In this document: piece by piece, positions 19,248 to 29,508 of the stretch
How positions within the stretch are numbered: position 1 is the first letter of the stretch
Layout of the letters: every line of letters starts with the position of its first letter
Assembly: GCA_965222225.1 (NCBI GenBank)
Contig: CBDCTK010000002.1
Span: 3,392,001-3,456,000, forward strand
DNA from: Candidatus Poribacteria bacterium
GTDB taxonomy: Bacteria > Poribacteria > WGA-4E > JAJDTR01
Length of the DNA: 64,000 nucleotides
Reading direction: 5' to 3'
Position numbers and translations under genes: made by a program
The notes under the pieces: model-generated
What the model was told of the DNA's origin: nothing
The model's database searches: none
The model's input: only the letters and a program-made list of their open reading frames with translations

Positions 19248-20636
19248 CTAATACAACTGTTCAACAAACCGACGCAACTGGAGTTCCAGCTCCCTGCCTA
19301 TTTCCGGGTGTTTATCCACAAGGTTGTTCAGTTCGTATAGATCTGTCTTTCGATTATAGAGTTCTGTTTTTGGCGGCGTTTCCAAACTGCCGACAAGCGT
19401 GCAGGAGATTGCGCCAAGCGTGCCCGGCATGCTCTGCTCAATCTTGGGAAGGGTTGGCAGCCACCAGATATAACTCCAATCGGGCGTGCGTATACTCCAC
19501 GATTTCAGGTAGAAGCCGGTGTAGGCATAATCCCGAATTGTTTCGATTTGGCCGGACATGATTGGAATTAGACTTTGGCCGTGCATGTGCTCTGGCCCGC
19601 CGATATCCAAGAAATCTAGAGTAGTCGGCATAATATCCGGCGGTTGCGCGAATGCTGACCGACGTTGACCGCTGCCGATTCCCTCAGGATGTCTAATCAT
19701 CAACGGAATATGCACAAGTTCCTCGTAGGGCCAAGGGCGTGCTTTTCGCATGATGCCATGCCCCCACTTGCCTTCGCCTAGCGGTTCGCCGTGGTCGGAC
19801 ATAAAGACAATCAATGTGTTATCGAACATCCCGAGTTCGCGTAACCGGTCTAGGAAGATACCCATCCATTTGTCCACCAATGAGATTTCGCCAGCGTATA
19901 GTGCTTGAACACATTTTAGGTCTTCCTCTGTGAGATACCCCTCCACCTCACCCGGGATTGGGTGAATGAGTTCTTTGCCGTTGTAGTCGGGCTGATACAT
20001 CCGATTGAAGGGCTCCGGCGGGTCCCAAGGTTCATGCGGATCAAAGCAGTCCATCCACAGAAATAGACCATCCTTCTTGGGTTGATGCTCAATCCAATGC
20101 AGAGATGATTTGACAACCTGCGCGATAAAGTGGTCTTCATCACTCTTCCAGTGCGATCGATTTCGCAGATATTGTTCGAGCTGGTCGCGAACGTTTGCAC
20201 TTGCTCCTATGTCGCCGCTTGATTTGTGATACGCGTCCACATCAACTTGAATCGTCCCGTCAAGAATATGTGGGTCACCCTCCTGCCCCCGGATGAAGTG
20301 GACGTAGTCGAAACCGCGCTCAAACGCCATCTGCGGCTTGTGCATGTGGTAGGTATCGGTAATCAAAGCCGAAGTGTAACCCGAACTCCAGAGTACCTCC
20401 GCTAAGAGAACATCGTCGTGCTCAAGACGTTGCCAGCCCCGAAAAGGAAAGGTATAACGTCCGGTGAACAGCGAGGTACGCGTTGGGATGGTTGGCAATC
20501 CTTCCGAAAAAGCCATATCGAAGACACAGCTTTCCGCTGCAAATCGATCGAGATTTGGCGTCTGAATCCACTCGTTGCCGTAGCAACCGAAATGGTCGAC
20601 ACGCCAACTGTCAGCCATGATGATGATAACGTTCAT
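19248..20636 (-). CDS. Sulfatase-like hydrolase (alkaline phosphatase superfamily)
   Basis: MNVIIIMADSWR, TPNLDRFA, PTIPTRTSLFTGRY, DPHEPW, MSDHGE; start set at ATG 20636. Confidence 0.85.
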   Translation of the reverse strand: MNVIIIMADSWRVDHFGCYGNEWIQTPNLDRFAAESCVFDMAFSEGLPTIPTRTSLFTGRYTFPFRGWQRLEHDDVLLAEVLWSSGYTSALITDTYHMHKPQMAFERGFDYVHFIRGQEGDPHILDGTIQVDVDAYHKSSGDIGASANVRDQLEQYLRNRSHWKSDEDHFIAQVVKSSLHWIEHQPKKDGLFLWMDCFDPHEPWDPPEPFNRMYQPDYNGKELIHPIPGEVEGYLTEEDLKCVQALYAGEISLVDKWMGIFLDRLRELGMFDNTLIVFMSDHGEPLGEGKWGHGIMRKARPWPYEELVHIPLMIRHPEGIGSGQRRSAFAQPPDIMPTTLDFLDIGGPEHMHGQSLIPIMSGQIETIRDYAYTGFYLKSWSIRTPDWSYIWWLPTLPKIEQSMPGTLGAISCTLVGSLETPPKTELYNRKTDLYELNNLVDKHPEIGRELELQLRRFVEQLY

Positions 20637-20778
20637 AGTTTTGAATTTAGATTTGGTAAGCGTTGAGTGATACCAATTCACATTCGATTCGGTATCGTTT
20701 GGGGGGGAATCGGTGACAGCCATCCCATGGATAGGAAAACACACCGATAGGCTTAGGTTGAATTGGAATTACAAGTTT

Positions 20779-21729
20779 CTAGTTGGGTGGTGGGTCGCTG
20801 AGGAGGTATCTCTTCCCGCCATTCAGAAGGGAGGCCTTCGCATAGGTGAGAATCTTGGCAACTTCGAGCTGTTCATCGTAAGACACCGGCATGTTGCCTG
20901 TGCGAAACATTTCGATTGCCGCTCTCACTGTGCGGATATGGAAATGCTCCTCCGCGAAGTCGGGATCGTCGGGCAGAATAGAGAATCGAGCTACACCGCC
21001 GCTGCCGAAAAGGCTGAAGTGGAATCCGTAAGCCATTTGCAGGGAGCGGAAGCACACCGTTCTCTCGCCTTCGTAGCCAACGACAACAACGTGTCGCGTC
21101 TCTCCGCCCAAATGCTCTACCCATTGGGCGCCGGCCCCAACCAATGACGTCAACGGATCGATTACGTGCACGCCGTAGAAGAAAAGCCAAGCCAATGGTC
21201 CTGCGCCATCAGCGGCAATAATGTCACCCAAGTCGGCTATGCGAGCCTTCTGGTCTAATACAGCCTGCGTAAACCGAATCCCGGAGCAGCAGAGCACGGG
21301 TGTGTTCTTATTCCGCGCTAGGGAGACAATGTCTTCAGACTGCTGCGCCGAGTGGCTGAGCGGCTTGTCTAGAAAGACCGGAGTGCCAGCCGCAATATAG
21401 GGCTCCGCCCAAGAGGCATTCCGATCCGCCCACTCTTCACACCCATCGTCACTTGAGATAACAGCATCCACCTGTCCCACAGCCTCGTCCGGCCGATCAA
21501 GAACACCCGGGATCTTAAGCGCTTGGGCAATAACCCGTGTTCGATCGGGGTCAGGCGTCCAAAGCGCAACTACTTTGGCATCCTCGCATAGCTGCCCAGC
21601 GGCAGGTGCAATAAACTTTATACCTGCGGCCTCTGCACGCTCCGGGGTACATCCGTTAATAATCTGGCTAAAATTGACTCCGTGGCTCCAGTCGTACTTG
21701 GCGGCGGTCAACGCTGCAATTCTAATCAT
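20779..21729 (-). CDS. Gfo/Idh/MocA-like oxidoreductase
   Basis: AGTPVFLDKPL, CSGIRF, FYGVH. Confidence 0.75.
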   Translation of the reverse strand: MIRIAALTAAKYDWSHGVNFSQIINGCTPERAEAAGIKFIAPAAGQLCEDAKVVALWTPDPDRTRVIAQALKIPGVLDRPDEAVGQVDAVISSDDGCEEWADRNASWAEPYIAAGTPVFLDKPLSHSAQQSEDIVSLARNKNTPVLCCSGIRFTQAVLDQKARIADLGDIIAADGAGPLAWLFFYGVHVIDPLTSLVGAGAQWVEHLGGETRHVVVVGYEGERTVCFRSLQMAYGFHFSLFGSGGVARFSILPDDPDFAEEHFHIRTVRAAIEMFRTGNMPVSYDEQLEVAKILTYAKASLLNGGKRYLLSDPPPN

Positions 21730-21943
21730 CGGTAAAGACTCCTTCTAGGCTTGAAACGTATGACGAGAGCACAGTTGCTAGGAAGTTGACGGCTGAAAAT
21801 AATAACGGCAAACAGAGATTTCCCCATACGTGTGACAGGAGTTGCCGAGTAGCGTTCAATACACCAAAGACAGAACGAAAAATTCCGCCTTCAACTGCAA
21901 TACGTCGTCGGGAATCTTCTCTTGGATTGTCGGCCCCGTCGGG

Positions 21944-22174
21944 TTATGCAAAAACTGCGACCGCCACCGGGCGTTTAATCCGCTCAATTTCGTGAAGTGT
22001 TTGTGCGGTCAGATAGCTTTCACCACAATGGGAGCAACTCTGCATCGGTATCCTTTCAATGACAAGAGGTGATTCGCCTTTCCCATAACTCCGTGAAATG
22101 TACCGCCGGCACACACCAGCATGCCCACAAACATCACACATCATGGTTTGATTCTTTGTTGCTTTATTCGACAT
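21944..22174 (-). CDS. YgiT-type zinc finger protein (MqsA-like antitoxin domain)
   Basis: CDVC...VIERIPMQSCSHCGESY. Confidence 0.75.
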   Translation of the reverse strand: MSNKATKNQTMMCDVCGHAGVCRRYISRSYGKGESPLVIERIPMQSCSHCGESYLTAQTLHEIERIKRPVAVAVFA

Positions 22175-22249
22175 AGACGCTGCGGTAACGATGCCGACTT
22201 TCCCATCAACTCGTTGATGGCATTACGGATAATGAAATTGACGCTTGAC

Positions 22250-23008
22250 TCACTTGCTTTGCTTGATTGTCCCCCAGGTCGTCGTGAGTTTGTCCAATGG
22301 CGAAACCGCAAAAATCACCTGCTTGAGTCCCTCGTTGACGATACGGCTCACCTCCACCGCTCTCAGTACACGGTCAAAAAGTGCCACTTCGTCAATGATG
22401 CCCCTGTACCTTCCGTTGTGCCCTGCAGCGATGGTTGTATGTGCTTCCTCACCCTTACTCCCCGGGATTTTCTTGTTTAGCCTCTTTTCCGCTGCGATTC
22501 GCCCATCAAGATACAGTTTCGCAATTGTTCCATCGTACGTCGCGGCGACATGATGCCATTCCTTTAGCGGAACCACATCAACTGAATCAATGACCGGATT
22601 GCCCGGCCCCAAGCCAAAACGAACCGCGCCCTCCTTGCCGGCATCGGCAGAGAGTACTGCGAAACGAAAGCTGTCGGCGCGCTGAAAAAAGGTGCCTTCA
22701 ATACCGGCCTGCGCCTTGTATTTTTCTACATATATCCACGCCACAATGGTGAGCTCGCTCGTTGGATTCAAACTCTCGTCGGTCCCGAGATTGAGCTGAT
22801 CGTCTTCACCGTCAAATCGCAGTGCATTGCCCGATTTGCCCGGCACCCATTTCTCGCCGCCGTGGTATGATCCATCGTTACCGTTGCCCGAGGCGTCCTT
22901 GGTTACAACATTGCCTCTTCCTTCATCACAGTACCATATCCCTCGAGCGTTTTCGGGGTTGAATGCGGAAGTGGCTTGTCCCGTGGACAGTAGTTCTGGC
23001 ACAATCAA
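22250..23008 (-). CDS. LamG-like jellyroll protein with Poribacteria-type C-terminal motif
   Basis: DASGNGNDG, GNALRFDG, WHHVAATYDG, GIIDEVALF, terminal AVSPLDKLTTTWGTIK; no clear signal peptide, so the start is uncertain. Confidence 0.85.
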   Translation of the reverse strand: MIVPELLSTGQATSAFNPENARGIWYCDEGRGNVVTKDASGNGNDGSYHGGEKWVPGKSGNALRFDGEDDQLNLGTDESLNPTSELTIVAWIYVEKYKAQAGIEGTFFQRADSFRFAVLSADAGKEGAVRFGLGPGNPVIDSVDVVPLKEWHHVAATYDGTIAKLYLDGRIAAEKRLNKKIPGSKGEEAHTTIAAGHNGRYRGIIDEVALFDRVLRAVEVSRIVNEGLKQVIFAVSPLDKLTTTWGTIKQSK

Positions 23009-23047
23009 ACTCGCAAATATTAATGATGCCCGCTAATCGATCGGGAT

Positions 23048-23881
23048 TTAGGATTCAAATTTCTGCAGTGAACACAGATAATCTGCACTTATCTGCGCCG
23101 CTTCGGCTGGCGCCATGATCTCGGCGAGCGCCTGGTGGACGGTCACATATCCGTCGTAGCCAACCGTTTGCAAAGCGTCGAAGACTTCACGCCAGTTCAC
23201 TCCGCGTGGATCGTGGAGCGGAATGTGGTCGAAATGGATTACCCCGCGAACCCATGTTTCGATGTTCGCTCTGCCTTCGGGATTCGGCAGATAATTCTGG
23301 AGGTAAACATTAAACAGATATGGCTTGAAGGCATTGAGCGCCTCCACACCGTATGCTTGACCACACATGCGCAGATTCGCAGGCTCATAAATGATACCGA
23401 AATTCGCGCGATCAATGCGGCGCAACACATCCACCGAACCTTCAATCGTCTCGAACAAACTTGCAACGTGGCATTGATGAGCCAGACGTATGCCTCGCTC
23501 CGCAGCTTCATCAGATGCGCGCTGCGCCCAAGGGATGTCTTCCTCTTTCTTCATGCAGATCCGCATCAGGTCACAGGGGAACGCTTCGGCAAGGTCAAGG
23601 TAGGGTGTGATGTTTCGCAGAGCGTCGGGCCCTTGCTCGAAATTCTCCGGGATGGCGAAGTCACCGGTGACCATTGAGACGTTTAGATTCAAGTGGTCGA
23701 GAATTTGGCGCACCTCTGCGACACGTTCCTTTGGCGACTGAATGCCGGCAACAGATGCTCGCATACAGATTGCATGATAGCCGTTGTCCCTCGCTAGTTG
23801 TGCCAGGTCTTCAAACGGTACGATAGACTCCTCTTTCTTGAAGAACGCTTCCGCAATCCGTGCGGAGAGTGAAAGTTTCAT
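23048..23881 (-). CDS. Sugar phosphate isomerase/epimerase (xylose isomerase-like TIM barrel)
   Basis: GIRLAHQCH, NFGIIYEPAN, VGYDGYVTVH. Confidence 0.75.
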   Translation of the reverse strand: MKLSLSARIAEAFFKKEESIVPFEDLAQLARDNGYHAICMRASVAGIQSPKERVAEVRQILDHLNLNVSMVTGDFAIPENFEQGPDALRNITPYLDLAEAFPCDLMRICMKKEEDIPWAQRASDEAAERGIRLAHQCHVASLFETIEGSVDVLRRIDRANFGIIYEPANLRMCGQAYGVEALNAFKPYLFNVYLQNYLPNPEGRANIETWVRGVIHFDHIPLHDPRGVNWREVFDALQTVGYDGYVTVHQALAEIMAPAEAAQISADYLCSLQKFES

Positions 23882-23904
23882 GTGCGATGCTCCTATCGGT
23901 CTTG

Positions 23905-24867
23905 TTACAGCCCAAAAGCGGTGTGGAAAGTGCCTTCCGTGCGCTGAAGCCTCATTAGCTCAATCGATCGGCACACTCCCGCTTTCACGTCAAATCGAGG
24001 CTTGAATCCCAGCTCATTTTCCACCGCTTCTGCTTGACAGTTCCAATCAATATTGGTTCGTCCAGGAAGTAAGTTAATTTGGGCTGAAGGGATAAGATCT
24101 TTGACGCAGTCCGCCGTGTACCGCATCGATTGGTAATCGCCGGGACAGTTGACAGATCTGCCTTCAAATTTGCCGGATTCGCTGGCGAGAACGGTTAACT
24201 CCGCAGCGTCCTCCACATACTGCCACGTATAAATTTCATCGCCGCACGGTGATTCAAACGGACAACCGCGTAGCGATGAGTCGATGAGGTGACTTCAGAA
24301 CACGCCGTTTCCTCGGAGTCTGCCCGCTCCATAGACAAACATGTAGCGCAAACCCACCGAATCCACCCGGAACTGTTTGTAGTAGTGACGAGCGAGGAAT
24401 TCTGCGTATGACTTCGACGCGCCGTAGACATTTTGAGGAAGGTGATCCGATGAATCTGTAACAGGCCCTTCATAACACCCAACGGGGCCAAACACCGCCA
24501 CGGAACTTGCCCAAACCACCCGCTCAATCTCGCACAGACGCGCCGCTTCAAGGACATTCACCATTGCCAGACAAATATCCTTCACAGCTACTGAAGGAAA
24601 CGGTTCAGTCACGGGATCGAGCGGAGAAGCTATGTGAATTATCTTCTCAATTCGGTTGTCTTTTACGGCACCGAGGAGACGATGAAAATCGCTTATTGAG
24701 CCGGAGATGATCTGTGCCTCTGACAACGTCCGAGAGTCAAGCAGCAGAGAAAGGGTATTGCCATGCAGGTGGGAATCGTAGACAAAAGGTTCATGTCCAC
24801 GCTTGAGCAATTCGTGGACGGTATAAGCGCCGATAAAACCACCGCCGCCCGTGACAAGGTAGCGCAT
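23905..24867 (-). pseudogene. NAD-dependent epimerase/dehydratase interrupted by an in-frame TGA
   Basis: VTGGGGFIG, ASSVAVFG, YGASK. After the TGA at 24295-24297 the same frame continues SHLIDSS...YTWQYVEDAAEL to 23905. Confidence 0.8.
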
Positions 24868-25209
24868 TGTTGTATCTACCCTTGTTAGTTGTGGGGAAGG
24901 GTCCTAGCAAACCAAAATCTAGATATTGCGCAGGTGGAGGACGTATCGCAACACGGTGTCTTGCTTCTCGATCAGTTCACCACAGACTGCGGTGCAAAAG
25001 GCTTCTTTATGCAAACCGTGCTGTTTCGCGCCTTATCGCCACCCCAGATCTCACCCCTAACGAGTAGCCTTGGAACATACGCAACATAATTATAACTCTA
25101 GCACGATCAACGTTTTCTGTCAATGAAAATTAGCTCTCGATTCATCGTAGAGGACGGCCGCTGTGCCTTCCCATGCCGGTGATTTCACAATTCTCCCATC
25201 ACGTTTCCT

Positions 25210-25273
25210 GTCCTTCCATCCTTCCCCTCTTCCATCCTTCCCTCTTCGTAGTAGGACAATTCATTGCACGCCC
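25210..25273 (+). repeat. Pyrimidine-rich (T)CTTCC tandem repeat followed by a GTAG REP
   Basis: Similar tracts near 1201-1230, 37993-38025 and 54426-54455, and on the minus strand near 11129-11163. Confidence 0.6.
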
Positions 25274-25383
25274 TGACGTTCTTTTCTCACTTCTAATAGC
25301 GAATTCATCAGGCAATCAGGTATCATAGTTTCTGCAACCGGAACGGAAACTATGCCAATGCGCTCATCCGCTATAGCGAAAAC

Positions 25384-26490
25384 ATGGAGATATTCATGCA
25401 AGACCAAATGAAAATCGGAATCATCGGCTGTGGCAATATTAGCAGGGCATACTTTAGTGGCGCCCAGAACACGGACGCCTTGGAAATCAAATCCTGCGCC
25501 GACATTCGCATGGAAGCCGCCCAAGCGGCGGGGGGCAAGTGGGGATGCCAAGCGGTCAGCGTGGACGACCTCTTAGCTGACGAAGAAATTGAACTCGTCA
25601 TAAACTTGACCGTTCCAAAGGCGCATGTAGAGGTGGCGATTGCGGTGTTGGAATCGGGCAAGCACGTTTACAGCGAAAAGCCGTTCGGTGTGAACATCGA
25701 AAGTGGTCGGCAACTCCTCGCTAAAGCGGCTGAAACCAAGTTGCGCGTCGGTAATGCCCCGGACACCTTCTTCGGGGCTGGCATTCAGACTTCGCGGAAG
25801 GTGGTTGACGAAGGTGGAGTCGGAAAGCCCATCGCGGGCACGGCATTCATGTGCAGCCACGGTCCCGAGAGCTGGCACCCCAACTCCGTGTTCTATTATG
25901 ACATCGGCGGCGGTCCAATGCTCGACATGGGCCCCTACTACGTGACTGCGCTGGTCAACCTCCTCGGCTCCGTCAAACGTGTCGCTGCCGTGACCACGAA
26001 GGCGTTTGAAGAAAGAGTGGCAACCAGCGAAACCGCTTATGGCTTGCGCATTCCCGTGAACACGACCACACACCTGACCGGGGCGCTTGAGTTTGTAAGC
26101 GGTGCCGTCATCACAATGATTATGAGTTTTGATATGTGGAGGCATTGCCTACCGTGCATTGAGCTCTACGGCGAGACCGGCTCCATACAAGTGCCCGACC
26201 CGAACGGATTTGCAGGCCCAGTGCTTCTCGCCGAGAATCATGACGATTGGTCCGAAGTCCCGCACGCATTTCCGGCAAATGCTCGTACGTTTGGCGTAAT
26301 CGACATGGTTCGTGCGATTCGCTCCGGACGGCCGCACCGCGCTAGCGGCGCTCTGGCTTACCATGTTCTGGAAGTCATGCTCGCATTTGACAAGTCGTCA
26401 GAGTCGGGAGTGCATGTCGAAATTCAGAGCACGGTCGAACGGCCCGCACCCCTACCGCTGGGACTTGACGAGTGGAAGGTGGAAGACTGA
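25384..26490 (+). CDS. Gfo/Idh/MocA oxidoreductase
   Basis: IGIIGCGNIS, GKHVYSEKP, GGGPMLDMGPYY. Confidence 0.9.
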   Translation: MEIFMQDQMKIGIIGCGNISRAYFSGAQNTDALEIKSCADIRMEAAQAAGGKWGCQAVSVDDLLADEEIELVINLTVPKAHVEVAIAVLESGKHVYSEKPFGVNIESGRQLLAKAAETKLRVGNAPDTFFGAGIQTSRKVVDEGGVGKPIAGTAFMCSHGPESWHPNSVFYYDIGGGPMLDMGPYYVTALVNLLGSVKRVAAVTTKAFEERVATSETAYGLRIPVNTTTHLTGALEFVSGAVITMIMSFDMWRHCLPCIELYGETGSIQVPDPNGFAGPVLLAENHDDWSEVPHAFPANARTFGVIDMVRAIRSGRPHRASGALAYHVLEVMLAFDKSSESGVHVEIQSTVERPAPLPLGLDEWKVED

Positions 26491-26696
26491 GAGATTTTCG
26501 GTGGGAGAGAATCGAAAAACGGGAACGATAACGCTCGTCCACGTAAGCAACTTTACCTTTTGACAGAGGCCACGGTGCACCAGGGCCATCCGCGCCTTCT
26601 GGATTGCCAAATCCAGCATATTTAGTATTTACGTAACTGAAAACCCAAAGGTTCACTGTAGGATAGCTTATTTTCTGTCTTGACGCTACGATCTGT

Positions 26697-26788
26697 GTAG
26701 GAGCGATCTCCTGGTCGCGACCGCCTATTCTTGGCAGGCCAAGATGCCCTGCCTACCGTCGTGACCTCCAGTTGCTGCGTAAGTTCTA
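26697..26788 (+). repeat. GTAG REP doublet (uninterrupted copy)
   Basis: Inverse homolog of 4101-4190; ends in TGCGTAAGTTCTA. Confidence 0.75.
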
Positions 26789-26815
26789 ATATCTTTATCT
26801 AATCTGTGGGTTGGG

Positions 26816-26887
26816 ATCAAGCGAGTGGACAACGATCAAGCGAACGGATAGTGAGCGCGATAGCAAATCCCGTGCGATAGAAATCCC
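26816..26887 (+). repeat. Nested GA-hairpin elements inside the REP GTGGGTTGGG...GAACCCAAC
   Basis: Units at 26816 and 26835; uninterrupted REP homolog at 56612-56647. Confidence 0.9.
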
Positions 26888-26947
26888 ATAGAACACAGTG
26901 GAACCCAACTCCAACTTGAATACGACAACTTCCTTAAAGGCAATACA

Positions 26948-27790
26948 ATGAATCAGGGTCTCAAAGCGCAATGGCAGGAAGAATTCGATGAGGCAGACGT
27001 ACAGACCGTTAGACAGATGCTCGCCCAAGAGCCACAATTGGTTAATGTGCGGGTTAGGCGCAGCAATCAAGCCGTACCGCAATGGGGACCATTATTCGTT
27101 GCCAGCGTCAAGCTCAATAGTCTTGACAAGGTCAAAGCCCTTGTCGAAGCGGGGGCGAACATAAACAACAGTGAGCTTGGCACGCACTGGCCCAGTACCG
27201 ATTACGAAATCAACCGGTACTTCATTGAATGTGGTATTGATGTAAACCAGCCGAGTTATCTGGGGTTCCACGCCATCGGCGTTACAGGATTAGATTCCAT
27301 TCTGCTGATGATGAAAAACGGTCTCGATCCCAACTTCACTTGGGGCTACATTGGACAGACGATGTTGCATCTGCAAGCGTTGCATGATGCCGACAAAGAG
27401 TTGGCGTGTACCTTTATGTTGATTCGGGCGGGGGCAAATGTCAACGCGCAAGCGCTGACCGGTTTGGATGACGAACCGATTATGGAGAACGAGCACGGTA
27501 TCCGGTACGGTCGAGAGACCCCGCTTCACTCCGCCGCCCGGTCCGGCAGTAAGCTACAAGTGCGACTTCTACTTGATCACGGGGCGGACGCCTCGCTTAA
27601 AACAGTCAGCCGAATAGTCGAGCCGAAAAAACTCACCGAGTGGACCGAGGGGGTTACATCCTTCCTCTGGCCCATGACCGAGTTCAAACGAGTGCTGTTT
27701 GAGCCGTATGCCGGCGAAACGCCGTTGGAGATGGCAATCCGTTACGGCCATCATGAGGTGGCGGCAATCCTTGACGAGAGAACAGGTTGA
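26948..27790 (+). CDS. Ankyrin repeat protein
   Basis: ETPLHSAARSG, LLDHGAD, GETPLEMAIRYGHHEVAAIL. Confidence 0.85.
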   Translation: MNQGLKAQWQEEFDEADVQTVRQMLAQEPQLVNVRVRRSNQAVPQWGPLFVASVKLNSLDKVKALVEAGANINNSELGTHWPSTDYEINRYFIECGIDVNQPSYLGFHAIGVTGLDSILLMMKNGLDPNFTWGYIGQTMLHLQALHDADKELACTFMLIRAGANVNAQALTGLDDEPIMENEHGIRYGRETPLHSAARSGSKLQVRLLLDHGADASLKTVSRIVEPKKLTEWTEGVTSFLWPMTEFKRVLFEPYAGETPLEMAIRYGHHEVAAILDERTG

Positions 27791-27884
27791 ATCTGGCTTG
27801 TGTCAGGTGCGATCTGCTATCGCCAAGTAGGACTCAGTCCGGTACTGTCTTCGACCGATGCTCAAGAAAAGAGGATTTCAATCA

Positions 27885-29483
27885 ATGCAGAAACCATTGT
27901 ATCTTGACACGGATGAACCACTTGACGGCGATCTGGATGTTGGTGGGCGTGGCAACGACGTATGGAGGATATGCGAAAGCGCGTACACGGGAGACGTTAA
28001 AACCGTACAAGAACTGATAAACCGCGACCCAAAATTGGTTTCTTATGAATACATAACCAGCCCGGTAGGCTTTGCCGTCGCCGCGGGAAACACGGAAGTT
28101 GCCAGAACCCTGTTGAGTCATGGCGCCAGTCCGTGCGCCTCTCTTCACGAGCATTCGCTTCTGAGAGTTGCCGAAATCCGGGGGTATTCTGAGATCCATC
28201 AACTCCTACTAAACACACTGAAATCCCGATTCGACTACTCGGAAAACCAGCGCTCCATGACCGAACTGTTTCAAGCAATCACGGCGTTGGATTCTAACCG
28301 AATCAGTGAGCTTCTCAAGGGGCAACCACAACTGGGAACGGAGGCAACTCTATCAGGTGATACCGCTCTGCACCATGTAGCGTCCCTCTCCACCGAGAAC
28401 GTGAAAGAAATCGTCGATCTACTGCTTAGGTATGGTGCACGACTCGATGCGCGCAATGGAGGCGAACAAACGCCCATTGACGTGGGGATGGATGGCGGGA
28501 AATCCAAGTTGGTTCGTTATTTTCTCGAAAAACATCCGGTCAACCACATCACAATTGCCGCCTTTGAAGGAGACTTAGACAGAGTAGAGGCCTCGCTGAA
28601 AGCGGATCCATCGCAAGCAAACGCGCTCAGCCCTGCGGGACAACGTCCGCTGTCTCTCGCTGCGAAAGGGGGTTATCTAACCGTTGCCAAATCCCTGCTT
28701 GAAGCCGGCGCTCAGATTGAGGCACCAGAACGAAAAGCGCGGCACGGGATGGCGCTGGCAGAAGCCGTCTCCGGCAACCACTATGAGATAGCGGAGTTGC
28801 TTCTTGAGCACGGAGCTAATCCAAACCATCAACCTCTGACGCTTCACGCCAATGACGACAAGATGGTTGCGCTGCTTTATCGCTATGGCGCCTACGTATC
28901 GTTCTGGGATCGATGTGGCGGAGACGATATTGAAATCGTGTCGTCAATGTTGAACATGAACCCTGCAATGGCACGGTGTGAAGCGCCAATTTTGCTTGGT
29001 CGTTCGCGAGGTGATAATCCGCTTACGACGGGCGGCAAAAACTTGGACATTATTCGACTGCTGCTCCGTTACGGCGCTCAACTACAACCCACAAGTAATT
29101 GGTGCAACAGCTATATGTGGAATGACTACGACAAAGCGCAGTTGCTGTTAGATTACGGAGCCAGCCCGGACATGCAAACAATGACGGGCGTACGTCCACT
29201 CCATTTTCTGGCGACGGAAGTGTGGGACGCCCAAAAACCGAGCACCGCCGAACTATTGCTCAAGCGTGGTGTAGAGGTCGATTCGGTTGAGGAACTTTCG
29301 GGGGCAACCCCACTCGGTTGGGCGTCAAGCTGCGGAGATACAGAGTTTATGGAACTCCTAATAGACCACGGCGCCGACGTGAATCCCCCGACACAACCGT
29401 GGTCAAACCCTTTAGCGTTAGCTGAGCAAAATAGCCAGAAAAACGCAATTATGCTACTAAAGCGTCATGGAGCAAGAGTCTGA
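27885..29483 (+). CDS. Ankyrin repeat protein
   Basis: GDTALHHVA, RPLSLAAKGG, LLEHGANPN, GATPLGWA; start may instead be 27858. Confidence 0.9.
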   Translation: MQKPLYLDTDEPLDGDLDVGGRGNDVWRICESAYTGDVKTVQELINRDPKLVSYEYITSPVGFAVAAGNTEVARTLLSHGASPCASLHEHSLLRVAEIRGYSEIHQLLLNTLKSRFDYSENQRSMTELFQAITALDSNRISELLKGQPQLGTEATLSGDTALHHVASLSTENVKEIVDLLLRYGARLDARNGGEQTPIDVGMDGGKSKLVRYFLEKHPVNHITIAAFEGDLDRVEASLKADPSQANALSPAGQRPLSLAAKGGYLTVAKSLLEAGAQIEAPERKARHGMALAEAVSGNHYEIAELLLEHGANPNHQPLTLHANDDKMVALLYRYGAYVSFWDRCGGDDIEIVSSMLNMNPAMARCEAPILLGRSRGDNPLTTGGKNLDIIRLLLRYGAQLQPTSNWCNSYMWNDYDKAQLLLDYGASPDMQTMTGVRPLHFLATEVWDAQKPSTAELLLKRGVEVDSVEELSGATPLGWASSCGDTEFMELLIDHGADVNPPTQPWSNPLALAEQNSQKNAIMLLKRHGARV

Positions 29484-29508
29484 TTCCGCATTGAGCAGGT
29501 TTATATTG

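Noticed and set aside
22170-22245. Possible remnant of a toxin gene upstream of the YgiT zinc finger
   Set aside because: Only a few residues (GKVGIVT) resemble such a C-terminus, which is too weak to call.
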